Source: an uncultured Oscillospiraceae bacterium | GTDB taxonomy: Bacteria > Bacillota > Clostridia > Oscillospirales > Oscillospiraceae | DNA length: 64,000 nucleotides | Reading direction: 5' to 3' | Assembly: GCA_934654755.1 (NCBI GenBank) | Contig: CAKUGQ010000004.1 | Location: 52,224 to 116,223, forward strand | Position numbers and translations under genes: made by a program | The notes under the pieces: model-generated | What the model saw: only the letters and a program-made list of their open reading frames with translations | Database searches by the model: none | Told to the model about the DNA's origin: nothing | Shown here: positions 40,803 through 50,298 of the stretch, in pieces | Numbering within the stretch: position 1 is the first letter of the stretch | Layout: each line of letters starts with the position of its first letter

Positions 40803-40877
40803 ACGGCACGTTGTATGTCAATTAAAAAGTCATATAACGGGTGCCGATATCACTCTTTTGATGGATCGGAGGCAGCT

Positions 40878-41600
40878 ATGCTGGAGCTACGCGACCTGTC
40901 CTTCCGTGCAGGACAAAATGAAATTTTACACGATATTTCGCTTACAATACCGGAACGCCGCTTCGTGGTTGTTACCGGGCCGAACGGCGGCGGGAAGACG
41001 ACGCTTGCGCGCGTCATCATGGGCATTGACCCACCCTCCGGCGGTCAAATTCTGCTCGACGGTGAGGACATTACGGCGCTGTCCGTGACCGAGCGCGCGC
41101 AGCGGGGTATTTCCTACGGCTTTCAGCAGCCGCCGCGCTTCAAGGGCTTGACCGTGCGCGACCTTCTGAATATTGCATCGGGCAGCCATATGAGCCACGA
41201 CGCCGCCTGTGAGTATCTGACGAAGGTCGGCCTGTGCGCACGCGACTATATCGACCGGGATGTGGATGCCGGCCTTTCCGGCGGCGAGGTCAAGCGCATC
41301 GAAATTGCCACCGTGCTGGCGCGCAAGGGGCGCGTAATGATCTTTGACGAGCCGGAGGCGGGGATCGATCTCTGGTCCTTCGCGCGGCTCACGGAGACCT
41401 TCCGAGAGCTACACGCACGGCGCGATGCGACGATCATCGTCATTTCCCATCAGGAGCGCATCATTCGTCTGGCCGACGAGATTGTGCTCGTTGCCGGCGG
41501 GCGGCTGGCCGAACGCGGCAGCGTGGAGGAGCTCTTCCCCAAGATCATGGCGCAGACCGTAGCGGGCTGCCGGAAGCTGGAGGCGGACGGACAATGCTGA
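40878..41600 (+). CDS. sufC: SufC-like Fe-S cluster assembly ATPase
   Basis: GPNGGGKTT, LSGGEVKR, IFDEPEAGID, and H-loop ISHQ. GGAGG RBS. Confidence 0.78.
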   Translation: MLELRDLSFRAGQNEILHDISLTIPERRFVVVTGPNGGGKTTLARVIMGIDPPSGGQILLDGEDITALSVTERAQRGISYGFQQPPRFKGLTVRDLLNIASGSHMSHDAACEYLTKVGLCARDYIDRDVDAGLSGGEVKRIEIATVLARKGRVMIFDEPEAGIDLWSFARLTETFRELHARRDATIIVISHQERIIRLADEIVLVAGGRLAERGSVEELFPKIMAQTVAGCRKLEADGQC

Positions 41601-42517
41601 ACGACATTCAGAAAAGAATCCTTGCGATTGTCGCCGATATGAGGGGCACGGGCGACGGCGCGGTGAACATCCGCTCGGACGGGCAGAAGGCCTATCGCCA
41701 CAATACCGAGCATATCACCATCGTATCCAAGACCGACCGCGACGGCATCGATATTCACATTGCCCCCGGAACACACGCCGAGTCGGTGCATATTCCCGTT
41801 GTATTGACGAAGCCGGGTTTTCAGGATCTGGTTTACAACGACTTTTTCGTCGGTGAAGGTGCGGATGTGACCATTGTCGCTGGCTGCGGCATCCACAACG
41901 GCGGCGACTGTGACAGTCGGCACGAGGGAATTCACACCTTCCATGTCGGTAAAAACGCCCGCGTGAAGTATATCGAGAAGCACTACGGTGAGGGCGACGG
42001 GACGGGAAGGCGCATTTTGAACCCGCAGACCATTCTCTATCTGGAGGAGGGCGCTTCCGTCACGCTGGAAACAAGTCAGATCCGCGGCGTGGATGATACG
42101 AAGCGCTACACCAAAGCCGAGTGCAACGGCGCACGAAGCGAGATCGTCATCCGTGAGAGTCTGCTTACGCACGGCGCGCAGCACGCGGTCAGCGAGATGG
42201 ACGTGCTGCTCAACGGCGAGAATACCCGAGCACGGGTCATCTCGCGCTCCGTTGCGCAGGACGCCTCGACACAGGTGTTCTACCCGCGTGTGCAGGGCAA
42301 TGCGCCCTGCTTCGGCCATGTGCAGTGCGATTCCATCCTGATGGGCAGCGCCCGCGTGCGCTCCATTCCGGAGATCGCCTGCAATCACATTGATGCAAGC
42401 CTGATTCACGAGGCGGCCATCGGCCGCATCGCGGGTGACCAGATTCTCAAGCTGCTTACGCTCGGGCTTACGCCCGAACAGGCCGAGGAGAAGATTCTGG
42501 AGGGCTTCCTGCGTTGA
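41594..42517 (+). CDS. SufB/SufD-family Fe-S assembly protein
   Basis: Beta-helix SufBD-like C-terminal region (IRGVDDTKRYTKAEC...HEAAIGRI). Overlaps sufC by 7 nt. Confidence 0.65.
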   Translation: MLNDIQKRILAIVADMRGTGDGAVNIRSDGQKAYRHNTEHITIVSKTDRDGIDIHIAPGTHAESVHIPVVLTKPGFQDLVYNDFFVGEGADVTIVAGCGIHNGGDCDSRHEGIHTFHVGKNARVKYIEKHYGEGDGTGRRILNPQTILYLEEGASVTLETSQIRGVDDTKRYTKAECNGARSEIVIRESLLTHGAQHAVSEMDVLLNGENTRARVISRSVAQDASTQVFYPRVQGNAPCFGHVQCDSILMGSARVRSIPEIACNHIDASLIHEAAIGRIAGDQILKLLTLGLTPEQAEEKILEGFLR

Positions 42518-42589
42518 GCGGAGGAGCTGCCGCGGCAGTCAGCCTCGCCGGCAGCGCATCCGTGCGCCGAGAGCCGCCGCTGAGCGACG

Positions 42590-42712
42590 GTGATATCCCT
42601 GCGAGACCCCGGAGGGCTCGAAAGCGTCATTGTGTGGCCGCGTCAGCGGCCGTGGCAATCTCCTGCATCGGATTGCCGTGTCGGGCTGCACCCTCCTCGC
42701 AATGACACATCC
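42590..42712. repeat. Palindromic intergenic repeat (copy 8)
   Basis: CTGCGAGACCCCGGAGGG...GTCATTGTG...CGTGGCAATCTCCTGCATCGGATTGCCGTGTCGGGCTGCACCCTCCTCGCAATGAC. Confidence 0.7.
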
Positions 42713-42740
42713 GGCGTCCTATGCCTGCCGCGCGAAAAAA

Positions 42741-42775
42741 ATAACAGGACGGCGCTTTTCGGCGCCGTCCTGTTT
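42741..42775. terminator. Bidirectional terminator
   Basis: aacaggacggcgc-ttttc-ggcgccgtcctgtt. Confidence 0.6.
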
Positions 42776-42790
42776 TATGTCCGACCGGGT

Positions 42791-44035
42791 TCAGCGATCG
42801 GCACTTTCTTTGATTTGTGCGAGCGTCATGCTCTTTTCGTGGGTAATAGGCTTCCATTCGACCTTCGAGAACAGTGCGCACAGGCAAATGGGAATATACG
42901 TCAGCATGAACAGCGGGAAAGTGAATACATACAGAACTTTCTTCCATGCGGCGCAGTGGATCTGCTTCCACTCGGTAACGGTGGTAATGCCGCCGAGAAT
43001 GAACAGCGTCAGATATAGGCCTTCAAGCAGCTTCAGCACCGACAGCACAATCGAAAGCGTGTCGCCTGCGGCGGAGAAGCTGTAGCCAAAGCCGATTAGG
43101 TTGACCACCACGCTGACGGCGGACAGAACGGCAGCCGGCATGATGTTCATCGCCATATCGTAGCAGGAGAAGCTGCCGCGGAAGATCCCCGCAATCAGCT
43201 TGCAGCCGTATTTGCGGCAGACCTGCAGATACCCCTTTGACCAGCGCATACGCTGCCGCCACGACTGGCGGAAGGTCACGGGCTGCTCGTCGTAGAGCAC
43301 GGCGTTGCGGGCGTAGCCGACCTTGCGGCCGTGGACGACATTGTGAATGGTAAACTCAATGTCCTCGGTCAGCAGGAAGAAATTCCAGCCGCCGCATTCC
43401 TCACGGATCTTCTCCGAGAACAGGAAACCCGTGCCGGATACGGCGCAGGAGCTGCCGATGGCATATCGCGCTTCGTTCAGGTAGCGCGCCTCGCGCAGGA
43501 ACCACAACGCATAGCCCGCAGTGATCCAGTTGTCGCCGTAGTTTTTGGAGTTGCGGTAACAGGTGACGATCTCATAACCGTCGGTATGTACGGCGTTGAT
43601 CTCGCGAATGAAGTTCGGGTCAAGCACATTGTCCGCGTCGAGCACGAGGTAGGCGTCGTGCGGTATGCCGCTGATCTTTTCCAGCAGGAAGTTCAGCACA
43701 TAGCCCTTGCCGACACGCACCTTGTCAAAACGCTCAAAGACGGTCGCGCCGTGCTCGCGGGCAACGCGGGCGGTTTCGTCGGTGCAGTTGTCCGCGCCGA
43801 CGTAAATGTCAACGTATTCCGCGGGGTAACTCTGCGCGCGGATGCTGTCGATCAGGTTGCCGATGACGGCCTGCTCGTTGCGTGCGGCGATGAGGACGGC
43901 GATGCGGTGAAGCACCTCCGGCTTATGCTTTTTGTGCCGGTACAGCAGCGCAATGGGCACATAGATGAACTGGTACGAATAGAAGATGAAAAACAGGATC
44001 ATTAAGACGGTGTTGATCGTTTCTACGATGTGCAT
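42791..44035 (-). CDS. Processive family-2 glycosyltransferase (membrane-embedded synthase)
   Basis: GT2 DxD (LDADN) and QxxRW (QRMRWSKG) motifs. Four to five C-terminal TM helices. Confidence 0.78.
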   Translation of the reverse strand: MHIVETINTVLMILFFIFYSYQFIYVPIALLYRHKKHKPEVLHRIAVLIAARNEQAVIGNLIDSIRAQSYPAEYVDIYVGADNCTDETARVAREHGATVFERFDKVRVGKGYVLNFLLEKISGIPHDAYLVLDADNVLDPNFIREINAVHTDGYEIVTCYRNSKNYGDNWITAGYALWFLREARYLNEARYAIGSSCAVSGTGFLFSEKIREECGGWNFFLLTEDIEFTIHNVVHGRKVGYARNAVLYDEQPVTFRQSWRQRMRWSKGYLQVCRKYGCKLIAGIFRGSFSCYDMAMNIMPAAVLSAVSVVVNLIGFGYSFSAAGDTLSIVLSVLKLLEGLYLTLFILGGITTVTEWKQIHCAAWKKVLYVFTFPLFMLTYIPICLCALFSKVEWKPITHEKSMTLAQIKESADR

Positions 44036-44123
44036 TTTCTTCTCCTTAACGGGCGGCGGCCCGTTTCGCGGATACTCCGCGAGCCGCACAGCCCGGCGGC
44101 GAGGTGTTTTGTTTGGGAACGCT

Positions 44124-44705
44124 TCAGAGCTTTCTGCGCATGAAAACCTCGCTGCGCATCGAGCCGTCCTTCAGACGGAAGGCATCGGGGTGGACTGCCA
44201 TGACCTCAAAACCCATCCTGCGGTAGAGCGCAGCGGCACGTTCGTTGCCTTCGACGTAGCAGAGTTCAAGTTGTTCCACGTTTTTTTTGCGGGCGGCGGC
44301 GATCATCTCGGAAAACATGGCGCTGCCGATACCCAGGTTCCAGAACTCGCGCAGGAGGGCGATCATTACGACGGCGCGGTGCGCCTCCTTCTGCTTGGTG
44401 AAGAACACGAGCTGGCAGTTTCCGGCCATCTTCCCGTCCACCTCGCAGACGATCATCATTGTGTTCGGCGCGTCGAGGTTGGTTTGCAGATATTTCTGCT
44501 CGCTTTCGGGGGTAAAGGGAAGCTCTTCGGGATAAAAGCTCAGGAATTCCGTCTCACCGGAGGCGGTACGAAGATACTCGACCGTCTCCTCGGCCTCGGC
44601 CCTGTCCGGGCGCGGGGCGCGGAGCAGAGCCGTGCGCCCGTCTCTCAGAGGGATCCATTTCTCGGAAAAACGCAAGAGTATGCTCCTTTCCGCACAACGG
44701 CACAC
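44124..44705 (-). CDS. GNAT-family N-acetyltransferase
   Basis: Acetyl-CoA-binding motif FWNLGIGSAM and GNAT beta-bulge region. Confidence 0.7.
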   Translation of the reverse strand: MCRCAERSILLRFSEKWIPLRDGRTALLRAPRPDRAEAEETVEYLRTASGETEFLSFYPEELPFTPESEQKYLQTNLDAPNTMMIVCEVDGKMAGNCQLVFFTKQKEAHRAVVMIALLREFWNLGIGSAMFSEMIAAARKKNVEQLELCYVEGNERAAALYRRMGFEVMAVHPDAFRLKDGSMRSEVFMRRKL

Positions 44706-44816
44706 ATTTTACACAGTATAGCACCTTTCCCCACACTTGGCAAGTCTTTCGCAGTAAAATGTATGCTTTTCGTCAGGTCGCAAAAAACGCAGACGAATTT
44801 TTTATTGAGTTTTGCC

Positions 44817-45827
44817 ATGAAATATGCTACCATGGAGGAAAACAAAGGGGAGGTGAGCCGCTTGCGGTTCCTTGACTATGAGATTTCCGGTCCGGTTATG
44901 CTTGCGCCCATGGCGGGCGTGACGGATTGGGCCTTTCGCTCGGTTTGCGCCCGGCTTGGCGCGGCGGTCACGGTAACGGAGATGGTTTCCTCCCGTGCGC
45001 TGGTCTATCAGGACCGCAAGAGCCGTGCGCTGCTGCGTAAGAATCCGGGGAGCCTGTGCGGCGCGCAGATCTTCGGAAACGATCCGCAGATTATGGCGCA
45101 GGCCGCCGCGCTCGCGGCAGAGTATTCCGGCTGCGATTTCATCGATATCAATATGGGCTGTCCCATGCCGAAAATTGTCAACAACGGCGACGGCGCGGCG
45201 CTTTTGCGCGAACCGGAGCTGGCCGGCCGGATTGTGCGCGCCGTGAGTGCGGCAGTCCGGCTGCCGGTTACGGTCAAAACGCGCCTTGGATGGGATCGCG
45301 GAAGCCTCTGCGCCGTCGAGTTTGCCAGACGCATGGAGGACAGCGGCGCTGCTGCCGTTACAGTTCACGGACGCACCCGCGCCATGCAGTACGCCGGCCG
45401 CGCCGACTGGGACGAGATCGGCAAGGTCGTGCAGGCGGTTCGGATTCCCGTCATCGCCAACGGCGACCTGTTTTCGGCGGAGGACGCGCTGCGCTGCCGC
45501 GCGCATTGCGGCGCGGCGCTGTATATGGTCGGACGCGGGAGCTTCGGCGACCCGTGGCTGCCCGGCCGGATCGCCGCCGCTCTGGAGGGGCGCGAGATTC
45601 CGGCGCTGCCGCCGCTGTCCGAGCGGATGACGACGGCGCACGAGCAGTTTTTACTGGCGCTGGAGGACAAGGGCGAGCATATCGCCTGCCTGGAGGCGCG
45701 CAAGCATCTGGCATGGTATCTGCGCGGTGTGGCCTACGGCGGCTACTGGAAAGAGCAGATCTCCCGCGTTTCGACGGCCGGAGAGGTTGAGCGTGTGATC
45801 GCCGGTATCGTCCGAGAGCTGAGGTGA
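44817..45827 (+). CDS. dusB: tRNA-dihydrouridine synthase
   Basis: VMLAPMAGVTD...DINMGCPMPK...TVKTRLGW, typical Dus TIM-barrel motifs. The alternative start at 44832 cannot be excluded. Confidence 0.8.
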   Translation: MKYATMEENKGEVSRLRFLDYEISGPVMLAPMAGVTDWAFRSVCARLGAAVTVTEMVSSRALVYQDRKSRALLRKNPGSLCGAQIFGNDPQIMAQAAALAAEYSGCDFIDINMGCPMPKIVNNGDGAALLREPELAGRIVRAVSAAVRLPVTVKTRLGWDRGSLCAVEFARRMEDSGAAAVTVHGRTRAMQYAGRADWDEIGKVVQAVRIPVIANGDLFSAEDALRCRAHCGAALYMVGRGSFGDPWLPGRIAAALEGREIPALPPLSERMTTAHEQFLLALEDKGEHIACLEARKHLAWYLRGVAYGGYWKEQISRVSTAGEVERVIAGIVRELR

Positions 45828-45832
45828 CGCCG

Positions 45833-46387
45833 ATGGATGAGCTTTCGATTCTTCGCCGCGCCGCAGCGGGCGACGCGGATGCCTTTGAACTGCTGGTGCG
45901 CTCCCATCAGGAGCAGGTCTACCGCCTGTGTCTGCGGATGCTGACCGATCCCGAGGATGCACAGGATGCCGCGCAGGAGTCCTTCCTCAAGGCATGGCGC
46001 AGCCTGCCGGGCTTCCGCTTCGATTCCGCTTTCTCCACCTGGCTCTACCGCCTGACGGCAAATATCTGCCTGGATATGCTGCGCAGCCGCAAGCGCCGCG
46101 CGACGGTTCCGCTGACGCAAACGGACGCCGACGGCGCGGAGTTTGCCCTGTCCGTGCCCGATCCCGCCGCGACGCCCGAGCAGGCGCTTTTGGAAAAGGA
46201 CACACAGGCCCGCCTTGCGGCGGCGTTGGCGCGGCTCGACCCGGAGCAGCGGCAGCTTATTGCCCTGCGCATCGATGCAGAGCTGAGCTATGAGCGCATT
46301 GCCGAGCTGCTGGATATTAAGGAGGGCACGGTCAAGTCGCGCCTGTCGCGTGCCAGAGAACGGCTGCGCAGACTGCTGGAAAAATAG
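45833..46387 (+). CDS. ECF-type RNA polymerase sigma factor
   Basis: Sigma-70 region 2 (FLKAWRSL...WLYRLTAN) and region 4 (LSYERIAELLDIKEGTVKSRLSRA). GAGGTGA RBS. Confidence 0.85.
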   Translation: MDELSILRRAAAGDADAFELLVRSHQEQVYRLCLRMLTDPEDAQDAAQESFLKAWRSLPGFRFDSAFSTWLYRLTANICLDMLRSRKRRATVPLTQTDADGAEFALSVPDPAATPEQALLEKDTQARLAAALARLDPEQRQLIALRIDAELSYERIAELLDIKEGTVKSRLSRARERLRRLLEK

Positions 46388-46468
46388 TGCTGCGCCAAAA
46401 GAAAAAAGACTGCAAACCGGGAACACGGACGGTGACGCGCCGTCCAAATGGCGGAAAGGGTGAGGCGT

Positions 46469-47221
46469 ATGAATTGTGAGGATGTACTGCTGCTTCTGAG
46501 CGGACACCTTGACGGAGAAAATACCGCCGCAGAGGAAGCGGCGCTAAAGGAACATTTGGAGAACTGCCCGTCGTGCCGTGCGCGGCTGGAGCAGCTTCGC
46601 CGCAACGATGCCCTCCTGCGTGAGGAGCCGGTTGTGCCGCCTGCGGCACTGGCAGACAATGTCATGCGCTCCGTGCGGGCATCGCTTGAGCCGCCCGTGC
46701 CGGGAGACAACGCGGTTTTGCGGGTGCCGCAGCGCCGGAAAATCGCGCGCAGACTCGTTTCCGCCGCAGCGACGCTCGCCGCCGTATTCGCGCTGGTGTT
46801 CTTCGGCCTGCGCGCGCTGCCGGAAGAAAATGATGCGGCGCCCGGCAGCCTCGCCAGCGGCTGCAGCGACGGCAATCAAATGGTGTCCGTTCCGCTCCTG
46901 TCGCCGACGCGCACCGAAACCGCCGACAGAGTGGAAGAGCCTGACGCACTTTCGCCGTATGGGCCGGTGCTGATCGTCTATGTGCCGTCATTGGAGGGCG
47001 TGGATCTGCCGGAGAGTGCCAAGCGTGTTGACAGCGGCCTGACCGGCGATGCGGCGGACGACAAAACGCAGTCGCGTGGGACGCTGACCTATGAGGTGAG
47101 CGCCGACGAGTGGAAGCTGCTGTGCCGGTCGATGTCCGGTAAATACCGCACCGAGCTGCGCTTTGCGGACGATGCCGATGAGCTCAGGCCCTGCTATGTG
47201 ATCTTTGTGATCGGTGGTTGA
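46469..47221 (+). CDS. Anti-sigma factor (zf-HC2 type), membrane-anchored
   Basis: N-terminal H..C..C zinc-finger (HLENCPSCRARL), a single TM helix, and an extracytoplasmic C-terminus. Confidence 0.65.
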   Translation: MNCEDVLLLLSGHLDGENTAAEEAALKEHLENCPSCRARLEQLRRNDALLREEPVVPPAALADNVMRSVRASLEPPVPGDNAVLRVPQRRKIARRLVSAAATLAAVFALVFFGLRALPEENDAAPGSLASGCSDGNQMVSVPLLSPTRTETADRVEEPDALSPYGPVLIVYVPSLEGVDLPESAKRVDSGLTGDAADDKTQSRGTLTYEVSADEWKLLCRSMSGKYRTELRFADDADELRPCYVIFVIGG

Positions 47222-47416
47222 GCCGGTGCGCCTGCGCCTGCGTGCGCTGCGGAAAAACACGAAATGGCGTATTGCAAGCAATTTTTGACGTGTAGCGAGC
47301 TTTTTGGACACAATTTTGAAACAAATCCGCTTGACAAGCGCGGGAAATGGTGCTACTATAATTAAAAATTTGTGAACGTCTTGACGAAGGGGGCGAAGGT
47401 CGTGTATCATATCTTG

Positions 47417-47440
47417 ACAGACAGACAGACAGACAGACAG
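47417..47440. repeat. (ACAG)6 tetranucleotide microsatellite
   Basis: acagacagacagacagacagacag, immediately after TTGACG...TATCAT and TTGACA promoter-like hexamers. Confidence 0.9.
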
Positions 47441-47654
47441 CGGCCTTGGTCGCCTAGAAAAAGTCAATTTAAATCGTGGCGGTTTTACTGCTTACCTGCA
47501 GGGATTCCCTGTGGGTTTTCGTGCGTACACAAGGTGCTCTGCCAATTTAATGATCTTTAAGCCGTCCGGAGGGTAGGTCTACCCTCCGGATGGCTTTTTG
47601 CGTTTTTCTGACATTGTCTGAGCGCACCCAAAGCCTTCCCGTTAGACGGCTAAT

Positions 47655-47852
47655 CTGTCATTGCGAGGCCACGTCAGTGGCCGTGGCAATCTCCTGTGTG
47701 ACTTTGCATCAGATTGCCGCGTCGGGCTGCGCCCTCCTCGCAATGACATATCGGCAGATTGCCACGTCGCTTCGCTCCTCGCAATGACACGCGGGGGTGC
47801 GGCCAATCTGTCATTGCGAGACTTGCGTCAGCAAGTCGTGGCAATCTCGTGC
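47655..47852. repeat. Palindromic intergenic repeat cluster (copy 9)
   Basis: Three GTCATTGCGAG...CTCGCAATGAC units. Directly upstream of the second prepilin-type gene. Confidence 0.7.
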
Positions 47853-47920
47853 CCCAATTATTCCGGGTTTCCCACGCTTCGGCGTGTGAAATACATATTT
47901 CAATAAGGAGAGCAAACACA

Positions 47921-49378
47921 ATGAAAACCCAAAACAAAAAGGGCTTTACGATCGTTGAGTTGGTCATTGTCATTGCGGTGATCGCCATTCTGGCCGCCGT
48001 CCTGATCCCGACCTTCATCAATCTGACCAAAAAAGCCAACGAGTCGGCGGACATCCAGGCCTGCCGGCAGATGAACACGCAGCTTGCCATCAACGAGGTG
48101 CTGAAGGGCAAGTCCATCACTGAGGTGCACGCGGCACTGAAGTCCGGCGGTATGGACACCGAGAACTACACGCCGCTCGTTGAAGGACACTACTTTTTCT
48201 GGGACAGTAAACTGAACCGTATTTTGTATATGGATGCGAAGAATAACGTGCTCTACCCGGAGGAATACAAAGGCACAACGGGCGCTGAAGGTCAACGGCT
48301 CTCGCTGAATGGCAAGATCGGCATGACGGAAGTAACTCCTGGTGATGGTGGTGTTTATACCATTTCCACCGCTGAGCAGCTTTACTGGCTTTCGGAGAAA
48401 AAGCGCGAAACCAAGAATGCTGTCCAAATTAAGTTCACTGTTGACAAAATCGACCTGAAGGGCGCGGATATCGGCTTCCAATTCAGTAATGGGAATAAGG
48501 ATACTGCTTTTACTTGTACAATCGTAGGTAACGGAGAAGGTGGCACCACGCTCTACGGCCTTGCACAGATTACAAATGCCTACATTGGAACTGCAAACGT
48601 CGGTGACAATGCGGGCAAGGCCTATGGGTGCGGATTTGTACAGCTCGTTGAAGGCAAAGTAAATATTACTATTAAAAATCTCACGATTGCAAACTCGACG
48701 GTTGGTAATTTGGAGATCGGCGGCGTCGGTGCGGTTGTTGGTAAAAGTCAAGCGGCGAAAAGCGGTGGTAAGCCTGTAGTCACACTTGAAAATGTGAAGG
48801 TTCAGAATTCCGTTATCAACGGCAGAAACAAGGTCGGCGGCCTGATCGGCAACGTCGGCAGCACACAACTTACTATTAAAAACTGCATGGTTGAGAATGT
48901 CACTGTCAATTGCTCCGAGGGTCAGGGCGGCAAGGTAATCGGTGCTATTTATGGCGGCGATTCTAAGCTGACCATCGATAAAGCATTCTCGCCGGAGTGG
49001 GTCAAGAACTCAACCGTGAACCTCGTGAAGGGCGCGGTCGAGCGTGATACCAAGAAGGCTGAGGTAAGCTATAAAACGAACGACGGAAAAGCAACTATTC
49101 CAATTGCCAGCGGCACGCTGCTTGTCCGGAAGTATAATATGAAGGATGGTAAGCTCATACAAGCTGCTGAATACAGAATGTTCAATCAGAACGCTTATAT
49201 GTCCGTTGAGATCACGAACTGCGGCGGGAAGTTTGAATATAAAATAGGCAGTGTTCTTCAAAAAGATGTCACCGCGACGACGCATGAACACAATAAAGAT
49301 AAAACTATTGATGGACGTTACGCAAAGGTTGACGAAAATAAAAACATGTGCTTCCCCTGCTGGATTGTCACCCAATAA
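47921..49378 (+). CDS. Large prepilin-type N-terminal cleavage/methylation domain protein (paralog of 2788-4662)
   Basis: AAGGAGAG RBS. KKGFTIVELVIVIAVIAILAAVLIPTFI class III signal. The first about 100 aa align with the other copy and the rest diverges. Gly/Asn/Thr-rich beta-repeat C-terminal domain. Confidence 0.72.
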   Translation: MKTQNKKGFTIVELVIVIAVIAILAAVLIPTFINLTKKANESADIQACRQMNTQLAINEVLKGKSITEVHAALKSGGMDTENYTPLVEGHYFFWDSKLNRILYMDAKNNVLYPEEYKGTTGAEGQRLSLNGKIGMTEVTPGDGGVYTISTAEQLYWLSEKKRETKNAVQIKFTVDKIDLKGADIGFQFSNGNKDTAFTCTIVGNGEGGTTLYGLAQITNAYIGTANVGDNAGKAYGCGFVQLVEGKVNITIKNLTIANSTVGNLEIGGVGAVVGKSQAAKSGGKPVVTLENVKVQNSVINGRNKVGGLIGNVGSTQLTIKNCMVENVTVNCSEGQGGKVIGAIYGGDSKLTIDKAFSPEWVKNSTVNLVKGAVERDTKKAEVSYKTNDGKATIPIASGTLLVRKYNMKDGKLIQAAEYRMFNQNAYMSVEITNCGGKFEYKIGSVLQKDVTATTHEHNKDKTIDGRYAKVDENKNMCFPCWIVTQ

Positions 49379-49443
49379 CCCACTCCGAACCTGACCCCGG
49401 GCGTCCCTTTTCTCTACTCCTGCCCGGTGGTTCCGCAGCTTTC

Positions 49444-49474
49444 GCACCCTCCCAAACGGGAGGGTGCATTTTTT
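49444..49474 (+). terminator. Intrinsic terminator
   Basis: gcaccctccc-aaac-gggagggtgc followed by ATTTTTT. Confidence 0.6.
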
Positions 49475-49493
49475 CTTCTGCCGCTGCGCCCCT

Positions 49494-49637
49494 ATGTCAT
49501 TGCGAGGAGGGCGCAGCCCGACGCGGCAATCTAATGTCAGGCCTTACAGTAGATTGCCATGACTTGCTGACGCAAGTCTCGCAATGACAATGGGGGCAAG
49601 AGATTGCCGCGACCCCTGCGGAGTCTCGCAATGACAG
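49494..49637. repeat. Palindromic intergenic repeat cluster (copy 10)
   Basis: TGTCATTGCGAGGAGGGCGCAGCCCGACGCGGCAATCT...GTCTCGCAATGAC, twice. Confidence 0.7.
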
Positions 49638-49754
49638 AAAAGGTCTTCACAGGGGAGCTCTTGCGTGTCAAAAAAGCAAGCGGGCTGCGTGTCATGTGAC
49701 ACACAGCCCGTTTACGGGTGAATTCACAAAGCCGTGAGTGAGTTTACAAAGCCG

Positions 49755-50243
49755 TTACGGCGCGGCGAAGATCGGCACGGCGGGCGCGGCGAAGCTGAAA
49801 ATACTTAACAGCAGCGCGTAAAGCAGCACGCCGGCCAGCAACCAGCCGGTGTGTTTTTCCAACGCCCCGGTCTCCGTCCACCGACGCGCCAGCCGGAAGC
49901 CGCCGAACATGGTAACGTAATACAGAAGAATATCCAGCCAGACCGCTTCTGCGCCAAACGCTGCAAGCAGATAGTACGTCGCGTTCAGCGCGAGCGGCAT
50001 CAGAAGCACCGCCGCCGCAAATGCGCTTGCGAGGGCGCGCTTTGACGCGATTCGCCGCGACAGCACGAGCGCGGCCGCCAACGTCGGATAGAGCAGGAGC
50101 TTCTGATGCTCCCAGACGCTTTCATTGACCGGCGCAAGCAGGGCAAACAGCGGATTCGGCCAGAGGTCGTAAAGAAAATGCAGTGCCGTCCCGGCCAGTG
50201 CCGCGCACAGCGCGGCGATTCGAAATGTGCGTTTCATCGGCAT
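49755..50243 (-). CDS. Hypothetical polytopic membrane protein
   Basis: 162 aa with about 5 TM helices. No family recognised with confidence. Confidence 0.45.
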   Translation of the reverse strand: MPMKRTFRIAALCAALAGTALHFLYDLWPNPLFALLAPVNESVWEHQKLLLYPTLAAALVLSRRIASKRALASAFAAAVLLMPLALNATYYLLAAFGAEAVWLDILLYYVTMFGGFRLARRWTETGALEKHTGWLLAGVLLYALLLSIFSFAAPAVPIFAAP

Positions 50244-50298
50244 CCCCCCTGCAAAACACTATGCCGCGGGGGCGGGGCCTATGCCGGAATTTGTCCGC

